From an uncultured candidate division Zixibacteria bacterium (GTDB lineage: Bacteria > Zixibacteria > MSB-5A5 > GN15 > FEB-12): a stretch of DNA of 64,000 bases. Position numbers and translations under genes: made by a program. The notes below the pieces were generated by a model, which saw only the letters and a list, made by a program, of their open reading frames with translations, was not told where the DNA came from and did no database searches. The stretch lies in NCBI GenBank assembly GCA_963735035.1, contig CAVTJJ010000006.1:288001-352000 (forward strand). Reading direction: 5' to 3'. Of this stretch, positions 48,716 through 58,259 are shown in pieces (the first letter of the stretch is position 1; every line of letters starts with the position of its first letter).

Positions 48716-49393
48716 CTATTCCTTCCAAACGAACTTGAAGAGTAATATCGAAGCGGTTACCATCACTACAGTGTAAGCGATTAGCCCCTGCACCGGAGCC
48801 AGAATGCTGGTTCCCTGGTCGGCCAAAAGGACCGCGTCGGAAGCCTTCACCAAGAGCATCAAGGGGAGGAGCAGAATAGGAAAGCTCAACACTGCAAACA
48901 GGGCCCCTTTGACCGCCGCCTTGGAGATAATCGCGGCTACTAAAGTAGTCGCAGCGCAGAGGGCGAGAATACCGAGAATCGCCACCCAGCAGAATTGCAG
49001 GACATTGCCCGTGGGAGCGTCGGTGAACATGAAGAACAACGGGGTGATAATTCCGGTCATGGTTGACAGGAGCGCCAGATTGAAGAAGAGCTTGCCCAGA
49101 TAGACCGCGTTCGGTTCGGCCGAAAGGCGAAGAGCCAGGGCCGTGCCGGCTTCCTCCTCACGAGTGAATACCTGCGCGAGCGCCGCGATGGCCGAAAAGA
49201 AAACCACGATCCAGTACAGCGCCGCCAACAAAAGAGTCGGCAGGCCGCTTTGCCCGAGCGAGAATGAGACGACCGCCAGCGTGGTCACGCCGAACATCAT
49301 AATCGTGTTCAGCGCGTACTTTGTACGCAACTCCAGGCGGAGGTCCTTGGCGAAGACCGCAAACGCGCTGCTAACCAAGCCGGATGATTCCAT
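48716..49393 (-). CDS. ccmB: Heme exporter membrane subunit
   Basis: KDLRLELR, FTREEEAGT, YLGK, LFAVLSFPILLP; six TM segments. Confidence 0.88.
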   Translation of the reverse strand: MESSGLVSSAFAVFAKDLRLELRTKYALNTIMMFGVTTLAVVSFSLGQSGLPTLLLAALYWIVVFFSAIAALAQVFTREEEAGTALALRLSAEPNAVYLGKLFFNLALLSTMTGIITPLFFMFTDAPTGNVLQFCWVAILGILALCAATTLVAAIISKAAVKGALFAVLSFPILLLPLMLLVKASDAVLLADQGTSILAPVQGLIAYTVVMVTASILLFKFVWKE

Positions 49394-49985
49394 CTGCGAG
49401 GGAATACTCCTCTTCTTCGTTCGTGGCGATCACCACCACGGCCTGGGGACGTCGCTCGGCAATGATCCGCTGCACCACCTGCTTGCCCTCGGCGTCGAGG
49501 TTGGAGGTCGGTTCGTCGAGAAACAGGAAAGCCGGGTCTTTGAGTAGAGCGGCGGCGTATTTGAGGCGTTGCTTCATGCCGGAGGAATACGTTCCGACCC
49601 GATCAACCCCTCGACCTTCGAGACCAACCATGGTGAGAAGTTCATCAAGGCGTTTTCCGGTCAGGTTGAGACCCGCTAACGTCGCAAGAAAGATCAGATT
49701 CTCTTCGCCGGTCAGTTGGTCGTATAGATTCAAATAGGGGGAGACCAGCGAGGTCCGAAAGCGAATGGCCCGGTCGTCAAGCGGAGCACTCTCATGAGAA
49801 TAGCTGACGGCTCCCCGGGTCGGGTGGTAGAGGCCGAGCAGAAGCATCAGCAGGGTCGACTTGCCGGTCCCGTTTCGCCCGGTTATGGCGATCGATTGTC
49901 CAGTCCGCAATTCGAACGTTACCCCCGAAAACACCTTTCGGGAACCGAAATGCTTGCCAAGATTTTCGGCTTTGAGACTATACAT
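49371..49985 (-). CDS. ccmA: Heme exporter ATP-binding subunit
   Basis: GRNGTGKST, YSSGMKQR, LFLDEP; overlaps ccmB. Confidence 0.85.
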   Translation of the reverse strand: MYSLKAENLGKHFGSRKVFSGVTFELRTGQSIAITGRNGTGKSTLLMLLLGLYHPTRGAVSYSHESAPLDDRAIRFRTSLVSPYLNLYDQLTGEENLIFLATLAGLNLTGKRLDELLTMVGLEGRGVDRVGTYSSGMKQRLKYAAALLKDPAFLFLDEPTSNLDAEGKQVVQRIIAERRPQAVVVIATNEEEEYSLADGIIRLG

Positions 49986-50065
49986 CGAGGAGAATTTGTC
50001 ACAGGACGGGACAAATTCCAATCAAAAAAGGTGGTGGATCTGAATTCAGACGCCGAGGCCGATTG

Positions 50066-50821
50066 TCACTGACCGGGCAGGCCGGCAGGCCGGTACCGGC
50101 GGAACACCGGCAGAGTGTAGTTGTATTCGCTCTTCCCTTTGATGAGAAAGGTCACCGATTCTTCGAAGTCTGTAGCTACGGCCTCGTCCTTGACCCGAAG
50201 CTTGCCTTCGATCGTTCTGCCGGCAGGGATAAGTGACGGCACTTTGACTTCAAAGCTTCGGAAGGTTGAGTCGATGACAATCAACTGAAGGTCTTCGCTG
50301 CTCTTGTTTTGCAGCGTGAATTTGTCCATGCGGCGGACCTTCTCGCTGTATTGAGATACGTCTACGACTTCTGGGAGCAGCACCACCGGCGAAGCATCTT
50401 CCGGTTTCATAATGACATCCGCCAGAATGCTCAGTTTGATAAGGTCGTTGGACGCGTTGGTCTGGATTTCCGGTTGTTTAACCACCGGACCCTGCATCCG
50501 TCCGGTCGAAAACCGGATTGGTACTCTCAGTGAATCGCCGGGCTTTACTATTGAATCGGTCAGCTCAACTTCGGTACAGCCGCAACCCGACCAGAGCATC
50601 GTGATCTTGAGAGGTACATCACCTACGGACTTAACGAAGAAGCTGGTGGTCACCATCTTGCTCTGCGTCACGCGGCCAAAATTAACGGTTGGATGGATAA
50701 TCTCCACCTGCGGGCCGGCGGCAACTGTTGCCGACAGGAATATCCCCGATAGCAAAGCGCAGGCTGAGATTGCGAGAAGGCTTCTACGGGCGGATCTGGA
50801 CGTTTCTGCCTTGTACATCAA
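50066..50821 (-). CDS. DUF1573-domain exported protein
   Basis: Signal peptide, NFGRV, G..PLKI....SGCGCT, IVKPGDS. Confidence 0.75.
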   Translation of the reverse strand: MMYKAETSRSARRSLLAISACALLSGIFLSATVAAGPQVEIIHPTVNFGRVTQSKMVTTSFFVKSVGDVPLKITMLWSGCGCTEVELTDSIVKPGDSLRVPIRFSTGRMQGPVVKQPEIQTNASNDLIKLSILADVIMKPEDASPVVLLPEVVDVSQYSEKVRRMDKFTLQNKSSEDLQLIVIDSTFRSFEVKVPSLIPAGRTIEGKLRVKDEAVATDFEESVTFLIKGKSEYNYTLPVFRRYRPAGLPGQ

Positions 50822-50841
50822 TGAACCTTCCTAATAATTCC

Positions 50842-51606
50842 TCAAGAAATCACAGTGAACAGACGCCCCCAACGTACCTTCTGGAAGAAATGGACGACGT
50901 TGAAAGCGAACAAACGCGGCACCGAAAGCGGATCGGAAACGGTCACTTCGGGCGAGGGATTCGACGTCTCGTTCCACGACCAGTGAATCATCATAGCTTC
51001 GCCCAGAATCAGATCCCGGGGAACCGCCTGCCAGAAACGAGAATCGTAAGAGTTGTCACGGTTATCACCCATCATGAAATAGCTGTTCGGTGGGACAACA
51101 TAAGGCCCGAAAAAGTCCCGGCTGTTCTGGCCACCCGCCTTGCGGCGCTGGATATTGGGAGAGCCGTCGCGGGCGGTGTCGATGTACTTGGCATGAGGAG
51201 CATCGGGAACCCGCTGGCCGTTAATGTACAGAATCTTGTTCTTGACCAGCACCGTATCACCGGGGAGGCCGACGCACCTCTTGATGTATTTTGTGACGCC
51301 ATCGCCGGGGAAAATGAATATCACGATATCGCCGTGCTGCGGTCCATGCAGAGCGGGGAGCCGCCAGTTGACCAACGGCAGCCGAGCCCCGTAAACGAAC
51401 TTATTGGCGAGCAAGAAATCTCCGACCAGCAGCGTGTCTTCCATCGAGGCCGTGGGGATCTTGTACGCTTCGACCACCGACGTTTTGATGAACAACGCCA
51501 GAATGATAGCCAGTCCGATCTGCTTGACATTTTCCCAGATTATGTTGGCGGCCGATTGCCGCTCTGATTTGTCTTGATCTGCTGCCATGCTTATCCTATT
51601 AGTCAT
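50842..51606 (-). CDS. lepB: Signal peptidase I
   Basis: IPTASMEDTLLVGD, YIKRCVGLPGD, MGDNRDNSYDSRFW. Confidence 0.92.
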   Translation of the reverse strand: MTNRISMAADQDKSERQSAANIIWENVKQIGLAIILALFIKTSVVEAYKIPTASMEDTLLVGDFLLANKFVYGARLPLVNWRLPALHGPQHGDIVIFIFPGDGVTKYIKRCVGLPGDTVLVKNKILYINGQRVPDAPHAKYIDTARDGSPNIQRRKAGGQNSRDFFGPYVVPPNSYFMMGDNRDNSYDSRFWQAVPRDLILGEAMMIHWSWNETSNPSPEVTVSDPLSVPRLFAFNVVHFFQKVRWGRLFTVIS

Positions 51607-51696
51607 TCTGGTCGTTAATGGTTCTACAATGTCCGGATTAACTTGTTTCCTGCCGTTTTGTCAACCAGAACAAGCCGTCGGTCCCTGGGGTGTCAG

Positions 51697-52767
51697 TCAA
51701 TTGCGTCCCAGCATTCTCATAATGTCATTGTAAGTCACGAACAGGGTCAGTGACAATACCGCGAGAATGCCGGCATATTGGACAGCTATCCTGGCTTTCA
51801 TGGGCAAGGGGACGCCGCGAATCTTCTCGATCAGCAGGAACAGCAGTTGTCCGCCATCGAGAATAGGTATGATCGGTTGAATATTCAGCACCGCCAGGTT
51901 GACGGACAGGAGCGCCATAAAGAACAACAGGCGTGACAATCCACGGCGCGCCTCTTTGCCTGACTGTTGAGCGATAAACAGCGGGCCGCCGATCATCTTG
52001 GTCGACACCTGTCCGAACATCAATTGCTTGATAAATTTCAGCGTCTCCCAGACAATTACATGAGTGGTCAGGAAACCGTTGCTGACCGCCTCGCCGACGC
52101 TGTATCGCTGATATCCTTCCGGTTTCTCGCTGATGCCTATTTCACCTACAGCTTTCGAGTTACCGTTCTCGTCCATGATCTCACCCTTGCGGGTGACCAC
52201 GCCGACCGTCATAGTATCAACACCTCGGACCCAGGTGACGTTGACGGGAGCTTCGACCACGGCGTTGATAACAACGCGCATGGAATCGAACACTTTCACC
52301 GGAGCGCCGTTGACCGCAATCACCTGGTCATCGGGCTGAAGTCCCGCCAGGGAGGCCGGGCTGTTTTCGGAGACTTCGCCGACTACGATCTTGTCGGTGC
52401 TGAAATAGGGCACGCCCGCGAATAGATAGATGCCGATCATCAGGGCAATCGCGAGGATGTAATTCATGAACGGACCGGCAAACATCACCGCCGCCCGGTG
52501 TCTGATCGGTTTGGACATGAACTCGTTGGGAGCGCCGCTCATTTCTTCGTCCGGGTTTTCACCGGCCATTTTGACATAACCCCCGAGCGGGATCATTCCG
52601 ATGCAGTAGGTGGTCTCGCCAACCGTCTTGCTGAAAATATTGGGGGGAAAGCCCAACGAAAACTTCTCCACCCGGATGCCGACTTTCTTGGCTACCAGAA
52701 AGTGGCCCAGTTCGTGGAAGAAGATCAACACGCCGAGAACGAATATGAACGAAAGAAAGGTCAACAT
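51697..52767 (-). CDS. rseP: RIP metalloprotease RseP
   Basis: HELGH, PLGGYVKM, AGPFMN, PDZ domain, PILDGG. Confidence 0.92.
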   Translation of the reverse strand: MLTFLSFIFVLGVLIFFHELGHFLVAKKVGIRVEKFSLGFPPNIFSKTVGETTYCIGMIPLGGYVKMAGENPDEEMSGAPNEFMSKPIRHRAAVMFAGPFMNYILAIALMIGIYLFAGVPYFSTDKIVVGEVSENSPASLAGLQPDDQVIAVNGAPVKVFDSMRVVINAVVEAPVNVTWVRGVDTMTVGVVTRKGEIMDENGNSKAVGEIGISEKPEGYQRYSVGEAVSNGFLTTHVIVWETLKFIKQLMFGQVSTKMIGGPLFIAQQSGKEARRGLSRLLFFMALLSVNLAVLNIQPIIPILDGGQLLFLLIEKIRGVPLPMKARIAVQYAGILAVLSLTLFVTYNDIMRMLGRN

Positions 52768-53927
52768 ATTGTTTTGCTTTTCACTTCTGTTGCGACCTGT
52801 CTGGCCCGACGGTCGGCCTCTAAAATATCTTCAAGCTCCGGCTTCGATACCGGATCAACCCGGTCCAGGGTTCTCTTTACAATATCGGCAATCTCAGTGA
52901 ACCTGATGGTTCGATCGAGAAAAGCCGCGACCGCAACTTCGTTGGCCGCGTTGTATATCGCGGGAGCCGTCCCGCCTGCTTCCGCCGTCTGGTAGGCCAG
53001 TCCGAGGGCGGGAAAACGGTCGAAATCAGGCGCGTCGAACTCCAGCTTGCGGGACCGGGCCCAGTCCATCCGCCCAAATCCCTGTTCCAGCCGGTCGGGC
53101 CAGAACAAAGCGTGGGCAATAGGCAGACACATGTCCGGTTCCGACATCTGAGCTACCACCGACGAGTCAATATATTCAACCATAGAATGTACAACCGACT
53201 GCGGGTGAATAACAACTTTGATCTGCCGGGGTTCCAGACCGAACAAAACGACCGCCTCGAGGACTTCGAGCCCCTTATTGACGAGGGTGGCTGAATCGAT
53301 CGAGATTTTCGGACCCATTTTCCAGGTTGGGTGAGCCAGGGCCTGCTCCACGGTTACCCCGGCGATCTGCTCCGCGGTCCAGGTGCGAAACGGCCCGCCG
53401 GAGGAGGTCAGGATGATCTGTCGTACTTCGCCGCGCCTACCCGCTCGAAGCGCCTGCCAGATGGCGGAATGCTCTGAATCGACCGGTAAGATCTGCGGTG
53501 GCTCTTTGCGGCAAACTTGTTCAAAGAGCGGTCCTCCCGCCACGAGCGATTCTTTGTTGGCCAGGGCCAGTTGTTTGCCGGCGGCAACCGCCTCGCAGGA
53601 AGCTTTCAATCCCGCCGCGCCCACTACCGCGTTCAACACGATATCGACTTCGCCCATTCCCGCCAACCGGGTCAACTCGTCCTCGCCTTCGAGGATCGTC
53701 ACCGGCTCTCCCTTGAGAGTCTGTCGAAGTCTCGCGGCGGCAGCCTTGTCAACCAGGCACAGATACTGGGGCCTGAACTCTCGATATTGCTCGGTTATCA
53801 GGCGGTCATTACTAAAAGCTCCGAGCGCAGTAATAGTCAGTCGTCCGGGGTGCTGCCGAATGACTTTCAACGCGGATTGGCCGATTGATCCGGTCGACCC
53901 AAGTATGGCAAGGCGTCTGGAGCTCAT
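52761..53927 (-). CDS. dxr: 1-deoxy-D-xylulose 5-phosphate reductoisomerase
   Basis: LGSTGSIG, LANKESLV, PVDSEHSA, HPTWKMGPKISIDSAT, NAANEVAV. Confidence 0.96.
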   Translation of the reverse strand: MSSRRLAILGSTGSIGQSALKVIRQHPGRLTITALGAFSNDRLITEQYREFRPQYLCLVDKAAAARLRQTLKGEPVTILEGEDELTRLAGMGEVDIVLNAVVGAAGLKASCEAVAAGKQLALANKESLVAGGPLFEQVCRKEPPQILPVDSEHSAIWQALRAGRRGEVRQIILTSSGGPFRTWTAEQIAGVTVEQALAHPTWKMGPKISIDSATLVNKGLEVLEAVVLFGLEPRQIKVVIHPQSVVHSMVEYIDSSVVAQMSEPDMCLPIAHALFWPDRLEQGFGRMDWARSRKLEFDAPDFDRFPALGLAYQTAEAGGTAPAIYNAANEVAVAAFLDRTIRFTEIADIVKRTLDRVDPVSKPELEDILEADRRARQVATEVKSKTIC

Positions 53928-53979
53928 CAATGCTTATAGGACGGTTTTGGGGTCACCGAAGTTCCCCGGCTAAGACATA

Positions 53980-54122
53980 GTGCCCGGCAGATACCTGCCG
54001 TAGGGGAAAGTGCCTGGTCCGCCGCGGCGGACCCACATCTGCCAGCTTCTTGAAACCGCGTGGACTATTGTCCACAGATCCCGCTGTCACATCTAGTGCC
54101 TGGCAGATGCCCACATCTGCCA
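53980..54122 (-). repeat. Family A copies, one hybrid with a GTCCGCCGCGGCGGAC module
   Basis: GTGCCCGGCAGATACCTGCCG; GTGCCTG[GTCCGCCGCGGCGGAC]CCACATCTGCCA; GTGCCTGGCAGATGCCCACATCTGCCA. Confidence 0.75.
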
Positions 54123-54182
54123 GCTTTCCGGAACCACGCAGGCAATCGTGAAGCGGTGTCACCCGGATTCGGGCCACCGACA

Positions 54183-54851
54183 TCACTTCAGCGGATTCCC
54201 TTCAGCATCGGAGCGATAGGCTTTGAGTACGAAACAGTCCTTGGTTGGCGTCGATTCCTCGGCCGGCGGCGATGCTTTCACTACCGGAATCCTGCTGATC
54301 GACCAGAGAACGTCAAACCCTTTTAGGAGATGTCCGAAGACCACGTATTTGCGGTCGAGATACTGGGTCTGAGTGTTGCGATCGGTACAGATGAAGAACT
54401 GCGTCTGGGCCGTTTCGGGAGAACCACGGCTGGCCATCGAGAGAGTACCGAACTCGTGGGGAAGATCGTTCAACTCGTTCGGAAGGTAATATTCGACATT
54501 CTTCTTGCCGACCACGAACGGATTTCCGCCCTGAACCATGAAATCCTTGATGATGCGATGGAACTTGGTGCCGGTGTAAAAACCGTCATTGCAGCGCGCC
54601 AGAAACGAATCAGCATGTGCCGGAGCGACATCGCGGTAGAGCTCGAGCACCAACTTGCCGCGATCGGTTTCGAGCGTGACAATGGTGTTCTTTGGATTCC
54701 GGATTTCGTGCCGCCATTGCGGCAGACTGTCCGGATACTTTGGGGCCTCTCCCGGGAGTTGGATTGCACCGGTGCGCGGTGGGGGCGTGACGGCCATTAC
54801 CGATGCCGCCAACGCGACAGTCAACAGAGCGATCGTCAGAATTCTCGACAT
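54183..54851 (-). CDS. Exported cyclophilin-type peptidyl-prolyl isomerase
   Basis: FYTGTKFHRIIKDFMVQGG, GTLSMA, TQFFI, LDRKYVVFG. Confidence 0.9.
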   Translation of the reverse strand: MSRILTIALLTVALAASVMAVTPPPRTGAIQLPGEAPKYPDSLPQWRHEIRNPKNTIVTLETDRGKLVLELYRDVAPAHADSFLARCNDGFYTGTKFHRIIKDFMVQGGNPFVVGKKNVEYYLPNELNDLPHEFGTLSMASRGSPETAQTQFFICTDRNTQTQYLDRKYVVFGHLLKGFDVLWSISRIPVVKASPPAEESTPTKDCFVLKAYRSDAEGNPLK

Positions 54852-54955
54852 GTACTTCCTACCTCGTTTGATACAGAGTCAACGGTTACTTTGTCCACGT
54901 ATGATAAACAAGCCTCATGGCACTGTCAACAGCAGGGCGCATAACGGGTTGAAGT

Positions 54956-56359
54956 CTACTTCCTGTAGGAAGAAGTACTTCCGAGCAGTCGGGTTCCGTG
55001 CTTGAAATTCTCCATAGAAACGGCTCCAGCCGCAACTTTCGGCGTAGGATCCCAGAGATGGATTTCTATGATGGCCGAGTCCGGAGCGTTTGTAGAAGCA
55101 TAGAATAAGGCCCCCAGAGCGTCGTACCGCATGCCCCAGGCGGGGGGAGCCGTCGGATCGTAAAATAGACTGTCAGGTGTGCCATACGCTGATCGTACCG
55201 CCTGAATAGAGGAGCCTACGCCAATTCCTTCCGGAGTGGTTCTGTTGAAAACCGTGTTGAGGATGATTGATTCCACCGGCTCATTTGAATCTATGGTACT
55301 ATTTTGATTCACGTCCCTGATCGCCACGACGACTCCCAAAGCAGCTTCGTAGTTGGCGAAATTGCGCCAGTAATCAGGATCAACGTCGATTGAGGCCGGG
55401 CTTCCGTTCCACGCGAACACATCTGCGTACGCATCACTGAATCTGACAAACTGCCCCTGGCCGTCGGCGCCTAAGCGGATGACGCTCGCTCTCGCTTTGA
55501 CATCGACCGTGTCAATACCGCGTAGCATCGCCCTGATTTGTCCGTACCCTTTCTGACCGCTGAATAGATAATTATTCGAGACTACGCCGTTCGAATTCGA
55601 CCGGGCCGAGTCAGCCGAAAGAGTTCCGTCGCCGTCAACCACCGAGAAGAGAAGCCACGGACGACGCAACGAATTACCCTGCTGGTCAAGTACGCGAAAA
55701 TCAAGCGGCGGAGCGGTGATACCGGAGCCCATGGTCCCCTTGTAGTACAGCCCGTTCACGGCGCTTATCTGGTAGGGGATTTCGATTCTCAAAGCCGCCG
55801 TGGATGTGTCTGTGGCAATGTGATTGTACGCGACAGCGGTGAACGTCTGAGAACTCGTAGGCTTGACAACCACGCTTCCGGAATCTTTGTCCGCTACATG
55901 GGCAGTCCCGTTGTTGACTACGAACGAGTCACAACGAATGGTCTTCCATGACAGTATGGCGGAATCACCGACGAGAAGAGTGTCTTCGGATAGTCCAAAC
56001 GATTCAATTACCGGAACCGCTCCCGACATAGTGACAGCCACTGCCGCAGAATCCCTCCCGCTCTTGTTGTAGCCCAGCAGGGAATAGGTAGTGGGCGTGG
56101 CGGGTTTCGTCCAGTGTTGACCGGACGTCACCGTAGTCAGTTTGATCCCTCCGGGAAAGAGCTTGACTGAATCGGCCCCCGTAACCGTATAACTCAGCTG
56201 CGATGAATCCCCCGGCATAATGTCGGCCGGTGTTGCGGTGAAACTGTTGATCCGGGGCGGATCGACCGGCTTGACCGGATCGTCTTTACAACCGTTAATA
56301 GCTGTGATAGCAGCCAGTATCGCCAAGAATACCAGGAGAACTTTGCGTTCTTTGCTCAT
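54956..56359 (-). CDS. Lipoprotein with Ig-like repeats
   Basis: Lipobox INGC; PRINSFTATP..LSY and PVIESF..LSW repeats, TPEGIGVGSS. Start placed at ATG 56359. Confidence 0.7.
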   Translation of the reverse strand: MSKERKVLLVFLAILAAITAINGCKDDPVKPVDPPRINSFTATPADIMPGDSSQLSYTVTGADSVKLFPGGIKLTTVTSGQHWTKPATPTTYSLLGYNKSGRDSAAVAVTMSGAVPVIESFGLSEDTLLVGDSAILSWKTIRCDSFVVNNGTAHVADKDSGSVVVKPTSSQTFTAVAYNHIATDTSTAALRIEIPYQISAVNGLYYKGTMGSGITAPPLDFRVLDQQGNSLRRPWLLFSVVDGDGTLSADSARSNSNGVVSNNYLFSGQKGYGQIRAMLRGIDTVDVKARASVIRLGADGQGQFVRFSDAYADVFAWNGSPASIDVDPDYWRNFANYEAALGVVVAIRDVNQNSTIDSNEPVESIILNTVFNRTTPEGIGVGSSIQAVRSAYGTPDSLFYDPTAPPAWGMRYDALGALFYASTNAPDSAIIEIHLWDPTPKVAAGAVSMENFKHGTRLLGSTSSYRK

Positions 56360-56436
56360 GCGTTCCTTTGAAGCGAGTTCAGGATTGAAATTGAAGTCAC
56401 GAACATAAGGATTATCGGCCGAATCCAATATTGCGT

Positions 56437-57123
56437 CTACGACTTGAAGAAGTATCTCAGGCCGCCGCCGACTTGCAGGTGCTTTATCCGATCTCCGGTA
56501 GCGACGAAAGTCCAGCTATTGATCGACGAGAAGGTGACAAAAGATCGTTTGTCCGGCGCAGTCCAGAGTTTGACATCAAGGCCGAAATCGGCGGCAAGCG
56601 ACGTGTTAAACTGGTAATCTGTCTGATAGCCGGGTGTACTGACACTGCCTAGTCCTAGTGACGCGCCCAAACCTACAAACGGAGTCCAGTACGATTCGGT
56701 CAGGTTGAGCGGGGCATAGGCGCAATGAAGTTTGACGTCAGACTGGTGATAAGTGGGATCGTCCATGAAAGCGATCGTGTATTCGTAGAGCCCGCCAGCC
56801 TGCGAAATCGGGTTCTTTATCTTGTTTCGGGCGTAGTCAAAACCGACCGCTATGCGCCAGTTGCTGATGTAGGCCTTTCCAAACGTCAGTCCCACCCCGA
56901 AGCCGTCATTGTATACTCGGTTAGCGTCATATGAAAACGTCGATCCAGCGTCGAACTCAAAAGGCATTCCCGGTATGCCATTATAACTTCCCAGTGGCAT
57001 GGCGTAACTGGAACTAACCTCCATATACCCCATTCTTGCCGCCACGCGCTCAATTGCAGAAGTCTGACCGCTTATCACGCAAATCAATGCCAGAGTCGCC
57101 CAAAACCATATTCGCTGTCGCAT
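56437..57123 (-). CDS. Putative outer-membrane beta-barrel protein
   Basis: Signal peptide, WTPFVGLGASLG, C-terminal VGGGLRYFF. Confidence 0.65.
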   Translation of the reverse strand: MRQRIWFWATLALICVISGQTSAIERVAARMGYMEVSSSYAMPLGSYNGIPGMPFEFDAGSTFSYDANRVYNDGFGVGLTFGKAYISNWRIAVGFDYARNKIKNPISQAGGLYEYTIAFMDDPTYHQSDVKLHCAYAPLNLTESYWTPFVGLGASLGLGSVSTPGYQTDYQFNTSLAADFGLDVKLWTAPDKRSFVTFSSINSWTFVATGDRIKHLQVGGGLRYFFKS

Positions 57124-57350
57124 TTTTCCTCCGATGTCATAATCCGTCGTCCGGGCCGATTAGTCACAAACCGACCACCTTCATATTATACAACGAATCG
57201 GTTATGTCAACCACGGATAAACTTAACCTGTTTTGTAGCAATTCGTTCGCTATCAGGAACCGCTTGCCACCCGATAATGAATGTATATAATGCTCGGACC
57301 TGGTGAATTACAGCCAGGCAGAAATTAGCGACTTGACGAGGTTACAACAT

Positions 57351-58259
57351 ATGGCAAATTCCAAGATAATGGTGATCGGCGCCGGAGCCATGGGGCAAGG
57401 TCTCAGTGAAGCTATCGCGGCGGCCGGTCATGACGTCACTTTAGTGGACAAAACCACCAAGATAGTGGACAAAGGGCTTCGCGGTATCGACGAAGCCATG
57501 GACCGAGAAATCGGCCGCTGGGGACTCACCCAGTCAGACAAGAAGGCGATCCGTTCCCGCATTAGCGCCACCGCCGACCTGTCTCAGGCCGAAGACGCCG
57601 AAATCGTGCTCGAATGCATTCCTGAAGATCTCGAAATGAAGCGAGCCCTGTTCGGGAAGCTCGACCGGATATGCCCCGAAGATACGCTGATGATTACGAA
57701 CACGGGGACACTGTCTATCTCTGAGATCGCCCAGGCGACCGAACGTCCGGCGAAGATCATCGGTATGCATTTCCTGAATCCGGTCACCCGGATTCCGCTC
57801 GTTGAAATTGTCAAAGGTCTGCACACCGACGGCAATACTTTCAAGAAGGCTGTCGAATTCGCCCAGATGCTGGACAAGAAGTGGATCACGGTCAACGAAT
57901 ATCCCGGCTACGTTACAACCCGTATCATCGTTCCGCTGCTTAACGAGGCGATGTACGTCCTTATGGAAGGTGTAGCGTCGGCCGAGGACATCGACGAGGC
58001 CATGAAGCTCGGCTTCGGATTCAATGTCGGCCCGCTCACGCTCGCTGACCAGATGGGACTGGACGTGGTCATGTCATGGATGAACAACTTGCTCAAGGAA
58101 CTGTCGGAACATCGCTACAACGCCTGTCCGATTCTCAGAAAGCTGGTCCGCGCCGGACATTTGGGCGTGAAGACCGGCAAGGGTTTCTTTGAGTACGACA
58201 AAGAGGGCAATCGGATCGTGGTGCTTGTGGAGCCAAACGGCAAAGGACAACAGCGATGA
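57351..58259 (+). CDS. hbd: 3-hydroxyacyl(butyryl)-CoA dehydrogenase
   Basis: GAGAMGQG, ECIPED, TNTGTL, GMHFLNPV, GPLTLADQMGLD, LGVKTGKGFF. Confidence 0.85.
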   Translation: MANSKIMVIGAGAMGQGLSEAIAAAGHDVTLVDKTTKIVDKGLRGIDEAMDREIGRWGLTQSDKKAIRSRISATADLSQAEDAEIVLECIPEDLEMKRALFGKLDRICPEDTLMITNTGTLSISEIAQATERPAKIIGMHFLNPVTRIPLVEIVKGLHTDGNTFKKAVEFAQMLDKKWITVNEYPGYVTTRIIVPLLNEAMYVLMEGVASAEDIDEAMKLGFGFNVGPLTLADQMGLDVVMSWMNNLLKELSEHRYNACPILRKLVRAGHLGVKTGKGFFEYDKEGNRIVVLVEPNGKGQQR

